A stretch of 63,913 nucleotides of DNA, filler included, from Folioceros fuciformis (lineage: Eukaryota): the NCBI GenBank assembly GCA_049999805.1. It is 5 parts of 5 records of this genome, joined end to end, with 100 filler letters (N's around TTAATTAATTAA, not from the genome) between each part and the next. Parts side by side here need not be neighbours in the genome. Positions count along the whole stretch, not along the records: positions 17,683 to 42,992 come from JBNGIO010006371.1; positions 43,093 to 56,292 come from JBNGIO010006373.1; 3 more parts are not named here. One strand, written 5' to 3'. The position numbers and the translations under genes are program-made. Positions within the stretch are counted from its first letter, which is position 1, and every line of letters begins with the position of its first letter. This document shows positions 32,100-46,239 of this stretch, piece after piece. Under the pieces are notes generated by a model. That model was not told the DNA's origin and did no database searches. It worked only from the letters and a program-made list of their open reading frames with translations.

Positions 32100-35000
32100 G
32101 TACACCTTAGAGTTGCTCATACGCTGTGAAGTCAATCAGGCCTAGGCCTTCCATATGTTCGTAGTGTTTATGCTTGGGAAGACCCTTAGTAAGGATGTCA
32201 GCTGTATTAAGTTCTATTGATACGTAGCTGACTTTCACGATTCCACGTTCGACCACATCTCTAACATAGTGGTGCTATATTTCTCTGTGTTTCGTTCTTG
32301 CATGGAACTTAGGATTTGGAACAAGTTCCAAGGCTGACATATTGTCACACAGGAGAGGAGTCGACATGTCTTGCTTCTGTCCTAAATCGGACAAGAAGGT
32401 ACGTTCCCACTCAGCCTCCTTGGATGCCTCTGTTAAACTTTTATACTCAGCCTCAGTTGAGGATAGAGCCACTGAAGTTTGTTTTTTTGCAGCTCCAATT
32501 AACAACAGCTGATGAGAGGAGAAAGCAATACGTGGAGAGGCTTCGACGTGACTCTGTATCCGACACCTAGTCAGCGTCTGTAAGCCCATAGGACTGCGTC
32601 CCCTTTAAATAGTGAAAGACACGTTTAGCTGCTGTCTAATGCACCCGGCTTGGGTTTTCCAGAAATTGTGACAGGGTGCTGACAGAATATTGAATATCAG
32701 GTCCAGTTAGCTATAAATATGAGATTGCCTATTGCATGCATGTAGGGAACCTGTGCCATCTCCTTAATCTCGTCTCCACCTTGTGGACACTGTAGGCTAG
32801 TCAGCTTGGTTCCTAGTGCATAGGGTGTGGTAGATGGTCTTGCTTGCTCAAGCTTAAATTTGTGCAGCAGTTCTTATACGTATTGGTATTGGTGGATAAT
32901 AATTAGCTTCTCATGTCTTACCCTTAGCAACTGAATGCCCAAACAGAATTTTAGCTCACCTATGTCCTTCATATCGAATCTTCCACTTAGCATTTCTTTA
33001 ACCTCTGCCAGCAGTGGCTGACTATTAGTAGCTAGTATAACATCGTCAACGTACAATGATAGAATAACATATTCAGCTCCCTTGGTCAACTTGTATACAG
33101 TACCATCAGCAGAGCTTCGAACAAAAGAGTTGTTGATCAGATGTTCGTGGATGGTGAAATACCAAACTCTGCCACTCTGTTTTAGACCATAGGTGGTCTT
33201 TAATAGGTTCAAAACCTGCTTAAGATGTTTAGGATCCACATAGCCTTCAGGTTGGAAGTCTTCGTCCAGAGCACGATATAAAAAGGCTGTGCATACGTCC
33301 ATTTGATGCAAGTCTAAATCAAATTCTGCTGCCAGTGCTAATATCATCCTTATCGATTGAGCTTTCACAACAAGTGAAAAGGTTTCCTGGTAGTCTAGTC
33401 CCTCAACCTGTGTGAATCCTCGTGCGACCAGTCTAGCCTTATATCTGGCGATTTCTCCCTTAGCATTCAACTTAAGCTTAAATACCCATTTGCAGGAGAT
33501 AGGTTTTCTGCCAGGCAGGAGGTCCACTATCTTCCATGTCTTATTCTTGACTAGGGAATTGTACTCATCATCAACTGCATGCTTCCATTTATCGCGCTCA
33601 GGTCCTGAGTAAGCCTCTGTCAATGACTTAGGCTCCAGGTGTAGAGTGCTTGAAGCAGAATTGCAGATGTCTGCATATGTTGTTCTCAAGTCAATTGATT
33701 CATAATGTGGCTCTTTCCACTGCTCTGGAGGAGGGCGGTTTCTGGTTGAACGTCGCAATGGAGGATCAGGTTCTTCATATTGAACACCTAGTGGAGGTTC
33801 ATTTTTTTCAGGTAGGTCCTCTTCAACCAGTGCATATCCCTCATCTCCCTCTGCTGGTTCAGCATGATAGTTAGGTTGATGATCATCTTCTTGTGGAATA
33901 GGAACAGGTGGCGGATTTGGATTAACAGCGTTTGCAAGCTTATGCTGTACAAGTGGGGGTATAGGCTGAACAGGGGAGGTGTACCCACAGGCTGGACACG
34001 TGGTTCATCTCCCTCGTCAGGTGAATCATCAGAAGGGAAGTCTATAATGTCATTATCTGTGGTAGGTAAATCAGCTCCCTCTGTTGTGGTTTGACCTAAG
34101 ATGAGAAGTTTGTCAATTTTCAGAAAGGTAACGGATCGAGCTAACACCACTCGTTGTTCCTCAGGGTGATACAATTTGTAAACCTTAGACTGTTCACTGT
34201 ATCCAATGAAGATGAGTGCTTGGGCTCTAGGATCCAGCTTCTTTCTCGTCTCCTCTGGGATGAGAGCAAAAGCACAGGAACCAAAGACATGCAAGTGCGT
34301 CAAGCTGGGTTTCCGCTTCCAATAAGCCTCATATGGAGTCTTCAAAGGGACTGAACTGGTGAAGAGTTTGTTCAGAATATAGGTCGCAGCAACGATGGCC
34401 TCAGCCCAATATTCTTGACATAAGTTTGCCCACAATAACATGCTCATGGTCATGGCTAATAAGGTCTGATTTTTCCTTTCTGCCACGCCATTTTGTTGTG
34501 GGGTATATGGGATTGTAAGCTGTCGTTATATCCCCCTCTCTTGTAGGAAACTATCAAATGTTGTGTTGACAAATTCTGTTCCATTGTCAGTCTGAAGATA
34601 TTTAACAGACTGACCTGTCTATTTTTCCGCAATCAGCAGCCAATCGTGGAAGTGCTCAAAGGTATCATCACTCTTTAGGTGCATCGAGAAAGTCCAAGTG
34701 TGTCGGGAATAATCATCAGTGATGCACAGGTAATAGATAGAACCGCCAAGGGACGGGACATGTATTTTGCCTGAAATGTCTGCATGCACTAACTCGAGGA
34801 TGACAGATGCTTTGTAGGATGTGGAGACTGGAAAAGGGTGAGCTTTTTGCTTGGCAACGATGCAAGCTTCACAAGAAGGTAAATCTTTGAAAACCTGAGG
34901 CAAGGGTTCAAGGTGACATCTCTGTAATGACATGTCTACCAGCTTTCTCTTATTTACATGACCAAGTCGTGCATGCCATAGGATAGCAAGGCTTTGGGAC

Positions 35001-35182
35001 TTCTTAGAGATAAGACTCACCTAGTGTCTAAGGGTACAAATATTCAGTCTATAGAGATCATTAGTTAATGTACCTTTGAATGCCAGCATGGAAGGTTCTG
35101 ACCTCTTGTAGAAGAGACAAGTGTCCTCACTGGCTTTCATATCATATACTCGAAGTTGCATCAGTTTACTGAGGGAGACCAG
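32100..35182 (-). mobile_element. 5'-truncated degenerate Copia element (integrase-RT-RNase H)
   Basis: LWHARLGH, LELVHADISG, AERKNQT, ARYKARLVARGF, LYVDD, VALSSTEAEY; cut at about 35182 by a LINE fragment. Confidence 0.92.
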
Positions 35183-35814
35183 ACTCAAGAGATCTGGAGG
35201 GAGGTGGGCAGGTGGCTTCGAGTGATATTTCCTAGTGCTAACCTCAAGATCACGAGTCAATTAGCCTTATTTTGGGCTGGACGCAACCTCGGGCAAGCCT
35301 CTCCTGAAAACCCAATGGTGGGGCTTATTGTGGCCTTCGTATCTTTTTCACCTCTGAGCCAACTGGTCCGCGGTGGTTTATGGTGGACAGGAGTCGGCCT
35401 CGCCAAAAGCTTTGCTATGGCGCATCTGGGAGCATTTATTGATAACAGCAGAAGCCCTGGAGCAATCCCAACGAAATCAGTTCAAGAGGAAAGATTGGAG
35501 GACGGTGGGTCTCCTATCGCCTGGGGAAAGATCGCTGGAATCACTCGTGCCCCTGGGGAAGGTGAGTATTTAGGGTCTGCGAGAGGCTTGGAGGTGGATG
35601 TATCAGAGGCTTTGGCAATATGCGGGTACCATCGGATTGGGGAGTGCTCTCAAAGCGCCTTGTCCTGAGTTTTGGGCTCTAGGCCAGTTCCCCCCCTCCC
35701 TCTTTTTGGTACTCAACTTATGTACATACACTAGTAGGGTTTTCCTTTGTATCGTAAGTTGGAGGAGTCTTTCCACTCATAATCAGAATTATTTTCTTCG
35801 CGAAAAAAAAAAAA
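35183..35814 (+). mobile_element. 5'-truncated LINE (L1/Tx1-like) 3' end with poly(A)
   Basis: QEIWREVGRWLRVIFP... is homologous to 54674-55174 (-) and ends in aatcagaattattttcttcgcg(A)12. Confidence 0.8.
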
Positions 35815-36416
35815 GAGGTGGTGGGGAAGTAAATGGACTGGTGTTCGCATGTGTGGCAACCTTAGGAATTGGTGGTGGATGCTATATGTAGTAGCCACCA
35901 CCAATTCTAGGACCACATGGCATGAGTGTAATGGCGGAGTGGTAGTGGCAACTACCTTCCTTTCAAACCTACACCTGCAACTCCACTCATATGCTTGACA
36001 TTGCTGATGAGTGCAGGTAGAAGAAGAGGTAGCAAACAATGGATGTAGAAGAACAGCCAGAGGAGGGTGCATACAATAGCTACATGATGCACCAGCAACA
36101 TGAACAATGAGATAGGCAAGTGTTGGAGGTGGAGAAAGAGGCAAGAAAGAGCGGAAATCGAAAGGGGAATGAGAAGGGCAAAGATTCCTTTGGACTCTCA
36201 TGCAAGTGGGAAGACATAATGATTAGGACGGAAGAAGAGGAGAATGACTATGTATAAATACAAAGTATTCTTCTGCCCTCTTCATTCCTCTTCTTCTCAT
36301 GGTAAGACGATGGTTATCTGGTCTAGCACCGAACTTAGGACTGTGTGACTGTGTAACTGTGTAACAACGGGCGCTACAAACTTGTTTGTAAACCGATTAC
36401 ATACTTTGTTCCAGTA

Positions 36417-39400
36417 TGTTGCAATTTTGAAATGGGTCGTGCAAATTAGTATAAGGAATAAGTGTGAACAACATCAAGGCTGTGTAGGCACACACAAGAC
36501 GTTGCCAGTGCAAAGATTCAATTAATTAAGCACTATGTGTTCTTATATACAAAATAATAAAGAGTTATGTCTCTTCACAAAACCTAAAGTCTAAGCGGCT
36601 AACAGTGAATACGTTTACTATACATAACCCTAACGAAGGGTTGTGTATCCAAACATGCCTTCTTAAACGGAGCAGACTGTTAGCAGCGCGAAAGGGTGAT
36701 CATGGCAGGTTCCATCGTGCAGTGTCTGGCGGTGTGCGCCTTCATCATCGCGGTGTTCCTCTTACACCAGTATGTAAAGGAGCAACAGGGAAGACACAGG
36801 AGAAGAGTGCGCAACCTAAATCGCCAGCAGCCTGTGAGTAGGTGGAACGACTTCACGACAGACCAGAGATGGCAGCTCGCGGGCTGGGAGTGGATCGCGT
36901 TCTCTGTCATGGAGATTCCAGAAACGCACCATCCCAGGACCAAAGAGAAAAACACTGGCGGAGCAATTGAAGAACGCTGCCTCCTGCCCACTCCCACGAG
37001 ATAAGTGACCACTGTCACAACCGGGCTACAGCATGCGATTAGAGCAGAACTGTGGAGCTTCATCCGCATCTGCTGTAGATTGTTTGTAGGGAGACTAAGG
37101 GGCAGGGCAGGGTCCTACACCCATTGCTTCCATAAATTGATAGTGTTTGCTGGCTAGCAGGTACTTGGTCACCAAGACTGCAGTGTTGAGGTCTGTGGAA
37201 ACATACTGAAGCCGGACCACCTTCTGCTCCACTTGATGACGAATAAAGTGATGCTGCACCTTGATGTGTTTGGTGCGGGCATGAAAGCGTGGATTGGTAG
37301 TCATGTTGATTGTGGAAACATTGTCACAGTGAATAAGGGTGGGCTTCAGCTGTGGAAATCCAAGACCTTGCATGAAGGCACGCTCCCACATGGCCCCTTT
37401 GGTAGCTTCTTTTAGGGCTTTGTATTCTGCCTCAGTGGAGGACAGAGATACAGAGACCTGCTTCTTAGAACTCCAGTGAATCGCAGCATTAGAGAGGATG
37501 AAACAGTAGGCTGATATGCTTCGTCTGGCATCAGGGTTAGTGGCCCAATCAGCATCGGCATAGCCACAAACAGTAGGTGATGCATCTCGCCCCTTGAAGC
37601 ATAAGCCGTGGTTCATTGTGCCTTTAAGATAACGCAAGATACGCTTAACCGCACTCCAGTGGGCCTGTCCAGGGTTGTCGAGAAATTGGGATACGGAACT
37701 GACAGCATACTGAATGTCAAGGCGAGTTCAGCAGCTGATGTAATTCAAACAGCCAACAGCGTGGCGATAGGGAAGCTGAGGCATGGCCTGACGTTCAGCC
37801 TCATCCTAAGGACAGTCATCTGCGGAAAGCTTGAGGCCTGGGACACTAGGAGTAGAGACAGGTTTCGAAGAATCCAAATGAAAACGTTGAAGAGTCTCTG
37901 CTATGTACTTACTTTGGTGAAGCATGAGAGTTTGATCCTCCACATTACGAACCAGTTGAACTCCAAGCACAAAGGTAAGAGGACCAATGTCCTTCATATC
38001 AAATTTCTTGTGGAGCATTCCTCTAACCCAAGAAAGTAACTCCAGATTGTTGGATACAAGAATGGCATCATCAACGTAGAGGGCCAAGATGACAAGATGG
38101 CCACCCTTGGAGTACATATACACATTAGCATCTCCGGGATTCTGCACGAAGCCAATGGACTTCAGGTACTGATCAATGGTCTTATACCATTCACGGGCAG
38201 ATTGCTTAAGCCCGTAGATGGTCTTCTTCAAGCGACAAACCCAGGTAGGATGTTCTGAATCAACAAAACCTTCGGGCTGCTGCATGTAAATGTCTTCTTC
38301 GAGCTCACCATACAAAAACGTGGTACAGACGTCCATCTGTTGCAAATCCCAGGCATTTGCTGCTGCTAGAGCAAGTATCATTCTGACAGATTGAGTTTTG
38401 ACGACAGGGCTAAAGGTTTCTGTAAAATCAACACCAGGAACTTGGGAGAAACCTCTGGCTACAAGACGAGACTTGTACCTGGCGATCTCCCCTTTTTCAT
38501 TCAACTTATGCTTGAATACCCACTTACAGCTAACCACTTTGCAACCTGCAAGTAAAGGGCAGAGTTCCCAGGTATCGTTCTTTATGAGGGAATCATACTC
38601 GTCCTTGATGGATGGGATCCAATAAGCTTTATCAGTTCCTGTGATGGCTTCAGTATGGGTCCTGGGCTCAGGTTTGATGTAAGGAAGTTCCTCTGTAATG
38701 CGCTGAAGAGAAACACCTGCCCGTGGACGTCTGAAGTCAACAGAAGCATAAGGGGGCTCCTTCCATTGAGTTGGGGGAGCCCGGTCACGGATAGGGTACC
38801 TGCGCTCAACTGGAGGAGCTGGAACCGGCTCGTCGTCATCTGTCTCCACAATAAAATCTGGTAAAGAATCGTTTTCTGCTAAGGCATCTGAGTGTTGGGA
38901 TGCAGCATCCTGATCATGTGGATACCCTAAAGTAGCTTGATCTTCTGCAGGTGTGTCAAGAGCAGCAAGAGCATTATCTGTAGGTAAAGTAGTAGCTGGA
39001 CGATGGGGAGTTGGAGGGTCAGCTGCATGGACAGCTGGTTGTACAGGAAGATTTGCTGGGGGAACCTGTGCGGGAACATGATTTGGCAGAACACCTGGCT
39101 GAGCCAAGATGTCATCAGCAACAAAATCTTCTTGAGGAAATTCAGAAGGATCCTCCAGGTCAGATGCATCTATAAAAGTGAAATTCACAGGTGTATGTGG
39201 AACTGAATCAAAATAAGGTTTAGCGGGAGTCGTCAGTTCTCGAAATGTAACGCTCCTGGCAAAGACAGCTGATTTTGTATGGGGGTCATAAAGCTTGTAT
39301 GACTTTGCTTCTTCACCATAACCCACAAACAGCAGTGGCTTAGCGCGACCATCTAATTTTCATCTCTTTTCCTCAGGTACATAAGCAAATGCGGGAGAGC

Positions 39401-41372
39401 CAAAAACGCGAAGGTGCGGCAGGCTGGGCTTCCGACTCCAAATCACCTCATATGGAGAGAAACTGGTTAAAATGGCCATGGGTGAACTCCGTGCCGTTAT
39501 CTGTACGTAGGCATTTAAGCGAGTAACCTGTTTGCCTCTGGACAATCTGCAACCATTCCTGGAAAAGCTCAAAGGTGTCTGATTTGAGACGCATAGGATA
39601 TGTCCAAGAGTATCGACTAAAATCATCTGTAAGGGTAAGGTAGTATAAAGCTCCTCCAAGAGAAGGTAGGTGAATCTTGCCAGAAATATCTGCACGCACA
39701 AGTTCCAAAATCCGTGAAGCTCGATGTGCCGGCTATTTAGGGAAAGGCATCTCCTTTTTCTTTGCTATCTCACACAAAGGGAGATCCTTAAAACATTTTG
39801 GTAACGGTTCTCTGTAACAGGAGAGGTTGGACATCTTAATGAGCTTATCACGGTTAGCATGACCTAGACGGGCATGCCAAAGGCTGGCCTGAGTAGCTTG
39901 CAACGACTGTGCGACATGAGCAAATGCTGGAGGTATGACTGTTAAATCAAGTTGATACAGATCATGTACTATGTGCCCTGTAGCCACAATGTGACCTCTC
40001 TCCCCTCTCTTCTTAAGCTCACAGCGGGAAGAAGAGAAGAGCAATCATATATGCGTAGGGACATGAGCTGGCTAACAGACAACAAGTGCTTAGCCATATG
40101 AGGGACATAGAGGACATTATCCAAGTGAAGGACTGAACCGTCATGCAGTCGGAAACGGCATGAGCCAGAGCCTTCTATCTTCAAACCTGTACGGGTAAGC
40201 TCATCTCCCAGCAGCACTTTGTGAGACGTTTGGGATGACCGAAAATGGCTGAGCAGTGACTTATCATTACAGATGTGAGAAGTAGCCCCTGAATCTAAAT
40301 ACCAACTCTGGTGGGAAGGATGAGCAAAAGATGCAAGGCAAACCGTCATGACAACTGGCGGTTTGTTGGAGGTCGACGGCTGAGGTCGATCCTTGGCAGC
40401 CACATGAGCTTCAGCCTGTCTATTGGGCTTCTCAGCTTTACGAGGCTCGCCAACCTTCTTTTTCCGGCATTCCCTCTCCCAATGGCCCTGTATACCGCAC
40501 CAGTTACAAGCGCCAGCTCTTTTCACAGAAGTGGGTTTGGAAGAACCTGCACCTGAGGTAGGTTTACTTCTGTTATTTTTCCCTTGTGTATAGAGAACCC
40601 TATCGGCCTTGGTACATCCACTGTGTAAAGCGGAAGTGTTCTGGCTTTGTTCCTCTTGCAAGAGGGCCCCTACCACATCAGCAAGACTAATGTTGGTAGG
40701 CTACCCTGCAGCTCGAGCTGCATTAGCAGCACGAATAGTTGCACCATAGCTGGAGACAAAGGTTTGGTAACTGAGAGGCAGACTTGTTAGTAGCTGAGTA
40801 ACAACATCAAGCTCCAGGAATTGCGAACCAAGGTTAATGAGCTGTGCTCACAGTTGACAAAAACGGATGACAAAGGGGGACACCTTGTCACCTTCCTTGA
40901 GACGCAAAGAGAAGATTTCACCTCGGACAGCACACATGGTAAGTATATTCTTAGGTTCATATGTCTGTATGAGAAGAGTCTAGATTTCTTCAGCCTTTGT
41001 CAAGAAGGCAACATCAGCAAGAAGGGCCTCATCTAGACCGCTGATTAAGACAGCACGAGCAACGTAATTGAGGTTTGCCCATTTGTCCTTTTCGTCTTGT
41101 GTGGCAGATTGTGCAGGCTCCTTGATCGTGCCAATAACAACTCCCCAAACGTGTCTCGCTTGCAGGGCAGATGTCATGCGCACTTTCAGCCTTTGAACTT
41201 CATGCCATTAAACCGGTCCCGCTCTTTAAATTCAACAGAGTACGAAGGTTGTGGGATAACTGGCACAGGCGCGAGCGGAGGATTGACTCTTCCTCCGCCA
41301 CCGCCTCCTCCTCCTCCTCCTCCTCCTCCCCCCGCCTCCGTCTCCGCCTCCACCACCTCCCCCAGATGCCAT
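36417..41372 (-). mobile_element. Copia element B (gag-pol with stops and frameshifts; putative 3' LTR about 36417-36655; 5' LTR/PBS not seen)
   Basis: KERDRFNG gag, CNWCGIQGHWEREC knuckle, WYLDSGAT protease, integrase, LYVDD RT, YADADWA RNase H; degenerate purine tract next to 36655. The left LTR boundary is uncertain. Confidence 0.9.
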
Positions 41373-41401
41373 GCTGACCTACTTTGTGGAAAAGACGCAG
41401 G

Positions 41402-42992
41402 TGTCAGAATTGGAAGACTACATGCGGAAGCGTGTCTTCATAACAAAAGATAAATTCAGAATAAAAATTACAAATAGTTGTCCTTTTATAGGTTTCACCC
41501 CAAAGGGTGTGACCTTTCACTAGCCTAGCCAACTAACCTAGCACTTAGGTAGATAAGCTAACATAACCTATGGTTACATAACTCTAGTGGACTGCTACTC
41601 CTTCTAACTCTCCCTCTCAGACACGTAGAGATTATGAGAGCTCTACTAGAGATCAGTGCTTAGCAAGTTTGTATTCTAGAGCTATCTACTTTAGCTCGGC
41701 TGTCAACTCTTCCAGTCGTTGACACTATCAAGATGTCTGTCGCTGGCGACAACCTCTACAGTAGCGCACCGGTCATGACCAGAGCAGAAGTAATACTCCA
41801 GGTATAGCTGCCATTGCACTAGATCGAGCAAGAAGGAATATCATTACCTCGTCTTCAAATTCTCTTGGGTAACATAACCACTACAATCTACAAGACCAAG
41901 TCCTTCCCTATGAAAACAGTGTCTAAACTTAGGAAGTGACTTTGTCAGAACATCAGCTACATTAAGGTCTGTAGACACATACTGAATCTTCACTAAGCCT
42001 CTCTCAGCAGCATCCCTAACATAATGATGTTGGATCTCGATGTGCTTAGTGCGAGCATGGAAAACAGGATTAGCCACCATAGCAATGGCTGACATATTAT
42101 CACAGTTGAGGATGGTAGGGCCCTTTTGGAGCATTCCCAGATCCTCACATAGTTTCCTTTCCCACTCAGCCTCCTTTGTGGCTTCTGTTAATGCCTTACA
42201 CTCTGATTCTGTAGAAGACAGAGAGATGGAGGCTTGTTTCCTGCAAGACCAGTTAATTACTGTGGAACCAGCCAGAAAACAATAAGCAGAAAGGCTTTTG
42301 CGGGTATCAGCATCAGAAGCCCAATCTGCATCCACATAACAGCTGAGCTGCAGATGCTTCTTCCTGCTAGGTTTGTAGCAGAGACCAAAGTTAGGAGTGC
42401 CCTTAAGATATCGCATTATCCTTTTAACTGCAACCCAGTGGTCTCTACCTGGATTCTCAGAGAATTGCGCAACTGCATTCACAGTGTTAGATATGTTTGG
42501 TCTCGTCCAGTTGCTAAGGAACATGAGAGTGCCCACTGCCATTCTATAAGGCACACTTTCCATTTCCTTCTTATCCTCTTCACACTGAGGACATGACGAC
42601 GAGGACAGCTTAATACCAATAGCACCTGGAGTTGCAGCTGCACGAGCATTCTCCAAATTAAACTTCTTCAGCATGCCTGCTACATATCTCCCTTGATGGA
42701 GGTAGATTGCTCCTATGGACCTATCTTTATGTACGTGCATTCCTAGTATATACTTGACTTGACCAAGATCTTTCATCTCAAACTCTTTACTGAGATCTGT
42801 CTTGATCTGGTTAACAAGCTCCACATTATTTCCAGGAATGACTAAGTCATCCACATACAAAGCTATTAACACAAGTGAACTATCTTTTCGCAGTACATAA
42901 AGATTAGTGTCAGCTTCACTTTGCACAAAGCCAATCTTCTTGAGATATGTGTCAATTCGCTTGTACCAAAGGCGTGGGCTTTGTTTAAGCCC
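41402..42992 (-). mobile_element. Copia 3' portion (RT-RNase H, PPT, putative 3' LTR about 41402-41608) abutting the 5' end of element B's gag
   Basis: ORF 41844-42926 with LYVDD, YVDADWA and HARTKHIEIQHH; PPT GAGAGGGAGA on the minus strand near 41610; cut by the linker. Confidence 0.88.
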
Positions 42993-44475
42993 NNNNNNNN
43001 NNNNNNNNNNNNNNNNNNNNNNNNNNNNNNNNNNNNTTAATTAATTAANNNNNNNNNNNNNNNNNNNNNNNNNNNNNNNNNNNNNNNNNNNNATACAAAT
43101 CTCGTGGGCCTGATATTTGCTTAGACGATGAGCACTTTTGTCTCGGCTTAGGACATATGGTGGGGAGAAACCATGTCATGAAATGTCTCCCCCTCAACAG
43201 GTATGTGTTTTTCAAACACCTGTTTGTTTCACTCAAAAAAAAGCTAAGATGTGTGAAGAGTCTTATTAGAGCTAGATTACTTAATTATAGCATATATTCA
43301 TATTATCTCCTTGAACAAAAAAGCATGGATGTACAGCTACCTCTTTTCTACACAAATATGCAGTTTTTCTTGTATTAGTTTGGACATATATAACAATCAG
43401 ATATATTTTAATAATTATTAATATATAGTTTAAAAATATAATTCATTTCATACACAATATTACCTCTGTTCTATAGATTGAGGATCCTACAATACCACCA
43501 CTTAGTTAGAGCCATTCGCTTAATGCCCCCACATCACTTATCCCCCAATTATTGAACTCATGTCTAGACTTTGCAAACGTCCACATTAAGACAGTCGGCT
43601 AAGATTATGACAGCCCCTTCAAATGACCCTTCGAACAAGACCAAGCAGATCATTGCCCACAAGTAACCAACATCAATTTTTCATCACCCATATCTACCCA
43701 ACTTCACATCCATCTTCAAGCTATGGAAAGCCAAAGCAACGGACACCAAATCACCTACAGAGCCTACAAGCCATCGACAAACCAAAGTGCACATGAGTCT
43801 TATACAAACCAAAGTGCACATAAGTCTTCGCCCAGACCACAGTTGCCTTCGCCCTGGAATCCACACTTACCTTGCATCCTCATCCTCCCTATGTTGTATG
43901 TAAAGTATATGTATAAAGTATATGTATATCATCCCTTTCCAGGGCAAGCTCCTGTCCGAAGAGCGAGCTATGGGCGGGACATGACCAGTTGGACGTGGAC
44001 GGAAAATCATAAAGAATGATTTTCTGCCATACTGGGCCCAATCCTTCAGTAGAAGTACACCAAGGCAAAGTACCTGATCTGACGTACATGATGCCATAGG
44101 ATATCGTAGATGCAGACCCAGGATGACCTAGGAGCGGTGATAGCGGACCTCTGACACCGGTGACGACCACGGTATACCTTAGTCCTCCATACTCTCATAT
44201 TCCATTCCTGGTCAGACGTCTGGGCAATGTCAGTTGTGTTCTTTCATTGGTGTTGTGGCCTAGACCAGACTCGGCATATCATCGAAAGTCTGGGAGGTCC
44301 TCAGTGGAGATGCTGAAATCACGTCCACGGCACGACAAACCTGTCCTGTTCCCTGTAAAACGGGATGGCGGTTGGAAAGCTTGGAAGAAGAATTGGAGTC
44401 GGCGGGGCCCCCTTCGCTCCTGTTCCCTCCAGTGCTGCTTGGATTGGCCAGATTTCGGTGTAACCCGCATCTACT

Positions 44476-45625
44476 ATGGAAGAGGTCTCCTCGCAATCCC
44501 TTCAACACCGTGGCAGCGAGCAGCAAATCGTCGTTCAAATGAGGCCAGGCGAAGGGGAGGACAGCTACTTGAAGAATTCCTCCTCGCAGTCCCTCATCCT
44601 TCAGGAGGTGGAAGCGCTGCTGTGGCACGGGATTCGTTCTGCCTCCCGCATTCCAGAGACGGGAAATGCCGGCAACGCGCTGCGCGTAGCAGACCTAGGA
44701 TGCGCCACGGGCAACAACGCCATCAGAGCTGTGGACAAGCTGCTGGAAAGTCTGGCATCCCTGTGGGAGTCCAAGTTTGGTTAGCTTCAAGCGCAGCCCT
44801 TCCCCAAGGACGTTCAGGTTTTCTTCAACGACTTGCCCTCCAACGATTTCAACACCCTCTTTCGCAGCCTGCCGCTCTACGGATCTGGATCCAGGCGCTA
44901 TTTCGCATCCGGTGTGCCTGGATCCGCTGTTTCCCGCCTCGAGCATCCACGCTTTCACCTGCTTCACTGCGCTGCATTGGATGTCCCAAGTCCCACCCGA
45001 GGTCCTGGACAGGAACTCCCCTGCATTCAACTTTGACAGGGTGCACGTGCATGGCGCCAGTCCCGCCGTGGAGCGGGCCTTCACTGTCCAGGGTTCCAGG
45101 GATCTGACGGAATTCTTCACCAACCGAGCTAACGAGCTGGTACCTGGAGGGTTCCTTGTGCTGGCCACGCTCATCAAACCAGACGAGCAGCATGACCTGC
45201 AAGCACTCTGGCATTTGCTCTGGGACGCCTTCCACGAGCTAGCTGTGCAGGGTGTCATACCGTGGGCTCTCATTGAGACCTTCAACTTCCCCTTCCACTT
45301 GCCGAGCATCGCACTGGTGAGGCAAATTGTGGAGCAGGTAGGACTCTTCGACATCCACATCCTCCAATCCTGCGGCAACGTGTTCTACTTTCCTGCACGA
45401 AAATGTGAGGAATACCGAGCGGATCTCAGGAAATTTGCGAGGGACAGTGCCTTGTTCTGGAAGAGCATCTTCCTCTCATCCATCGAGGAGCACTTCGGTG
45501 GGGAGTTGAGCAACCTGGTGTTCGAGCAGTTCGAACACCTTGTTCGATCCCTTAATCTTCATGGTGCAAATGTGGACGATTACTTCACAGCAGATTACGG
45601 CGTTGCTCTTCTGACCAGGAAGTAG
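44476..45625 (+). pseudogene. SABATH carboxyl methyltransferase pseudogene
   Basis: Collinear with 48351-49517 but has TAG at 44782 and an 11-bp deletion near 44925 that destroys GSFYGPLFP and shifts the frame. Confidence 0.93.
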
Positions 45626-46239
45626 AGATCCCTGGTGCACGTGCCGCGGAAGGCCGCATTGGGCGTCGCTTGCGTCCGCCTCCACGCGAGGAATATAGCT
45701 TTACCGACACCTACACTCTCACAACCTGTCCAAAGTCTTCAGGGTTTGAATTTGAGGCTTATGCTATCCGAACAAAGGTTTCCATATTGCCGTGAAACAT
45801 TCTTTCCAAAGGTCGGCCACTTTGCTGCTTTGTTAGTCTTGAGTTTGAGATTTCATAGATATAGTTTGGGAGGGCGTGTTTTTATGGCGTTGATTAGATT
45901 TGTGTAAAAAAACAAATATTAAAAATCCTAGAACCCCCTTCAGAAAATTTTAGAACCTCTTGAGAAACAAGCACCATTACCACCTAAGTGAGCAAAAACT
46001 CTTCCATTCCGATCCAGGTCTTTGCTATGGAGCAAACATCCCTCAAAAACACAAGCACCATTGCATGAAGCCTCAAGCAATTGTCCACCTTTTATGGAGT
46101 CGCTTGCAAGACTTCTTCTGGGTTACTGTATCTCCGACCTTTTTATGTGGAAGCTTGCAAGACTATCTCCGACTGTGTGCGCTCCTGGCCCAGGTTCGCT
46201 ACTATCCAGTGGAAAATAATGTAAGGATTATTAGTAACG

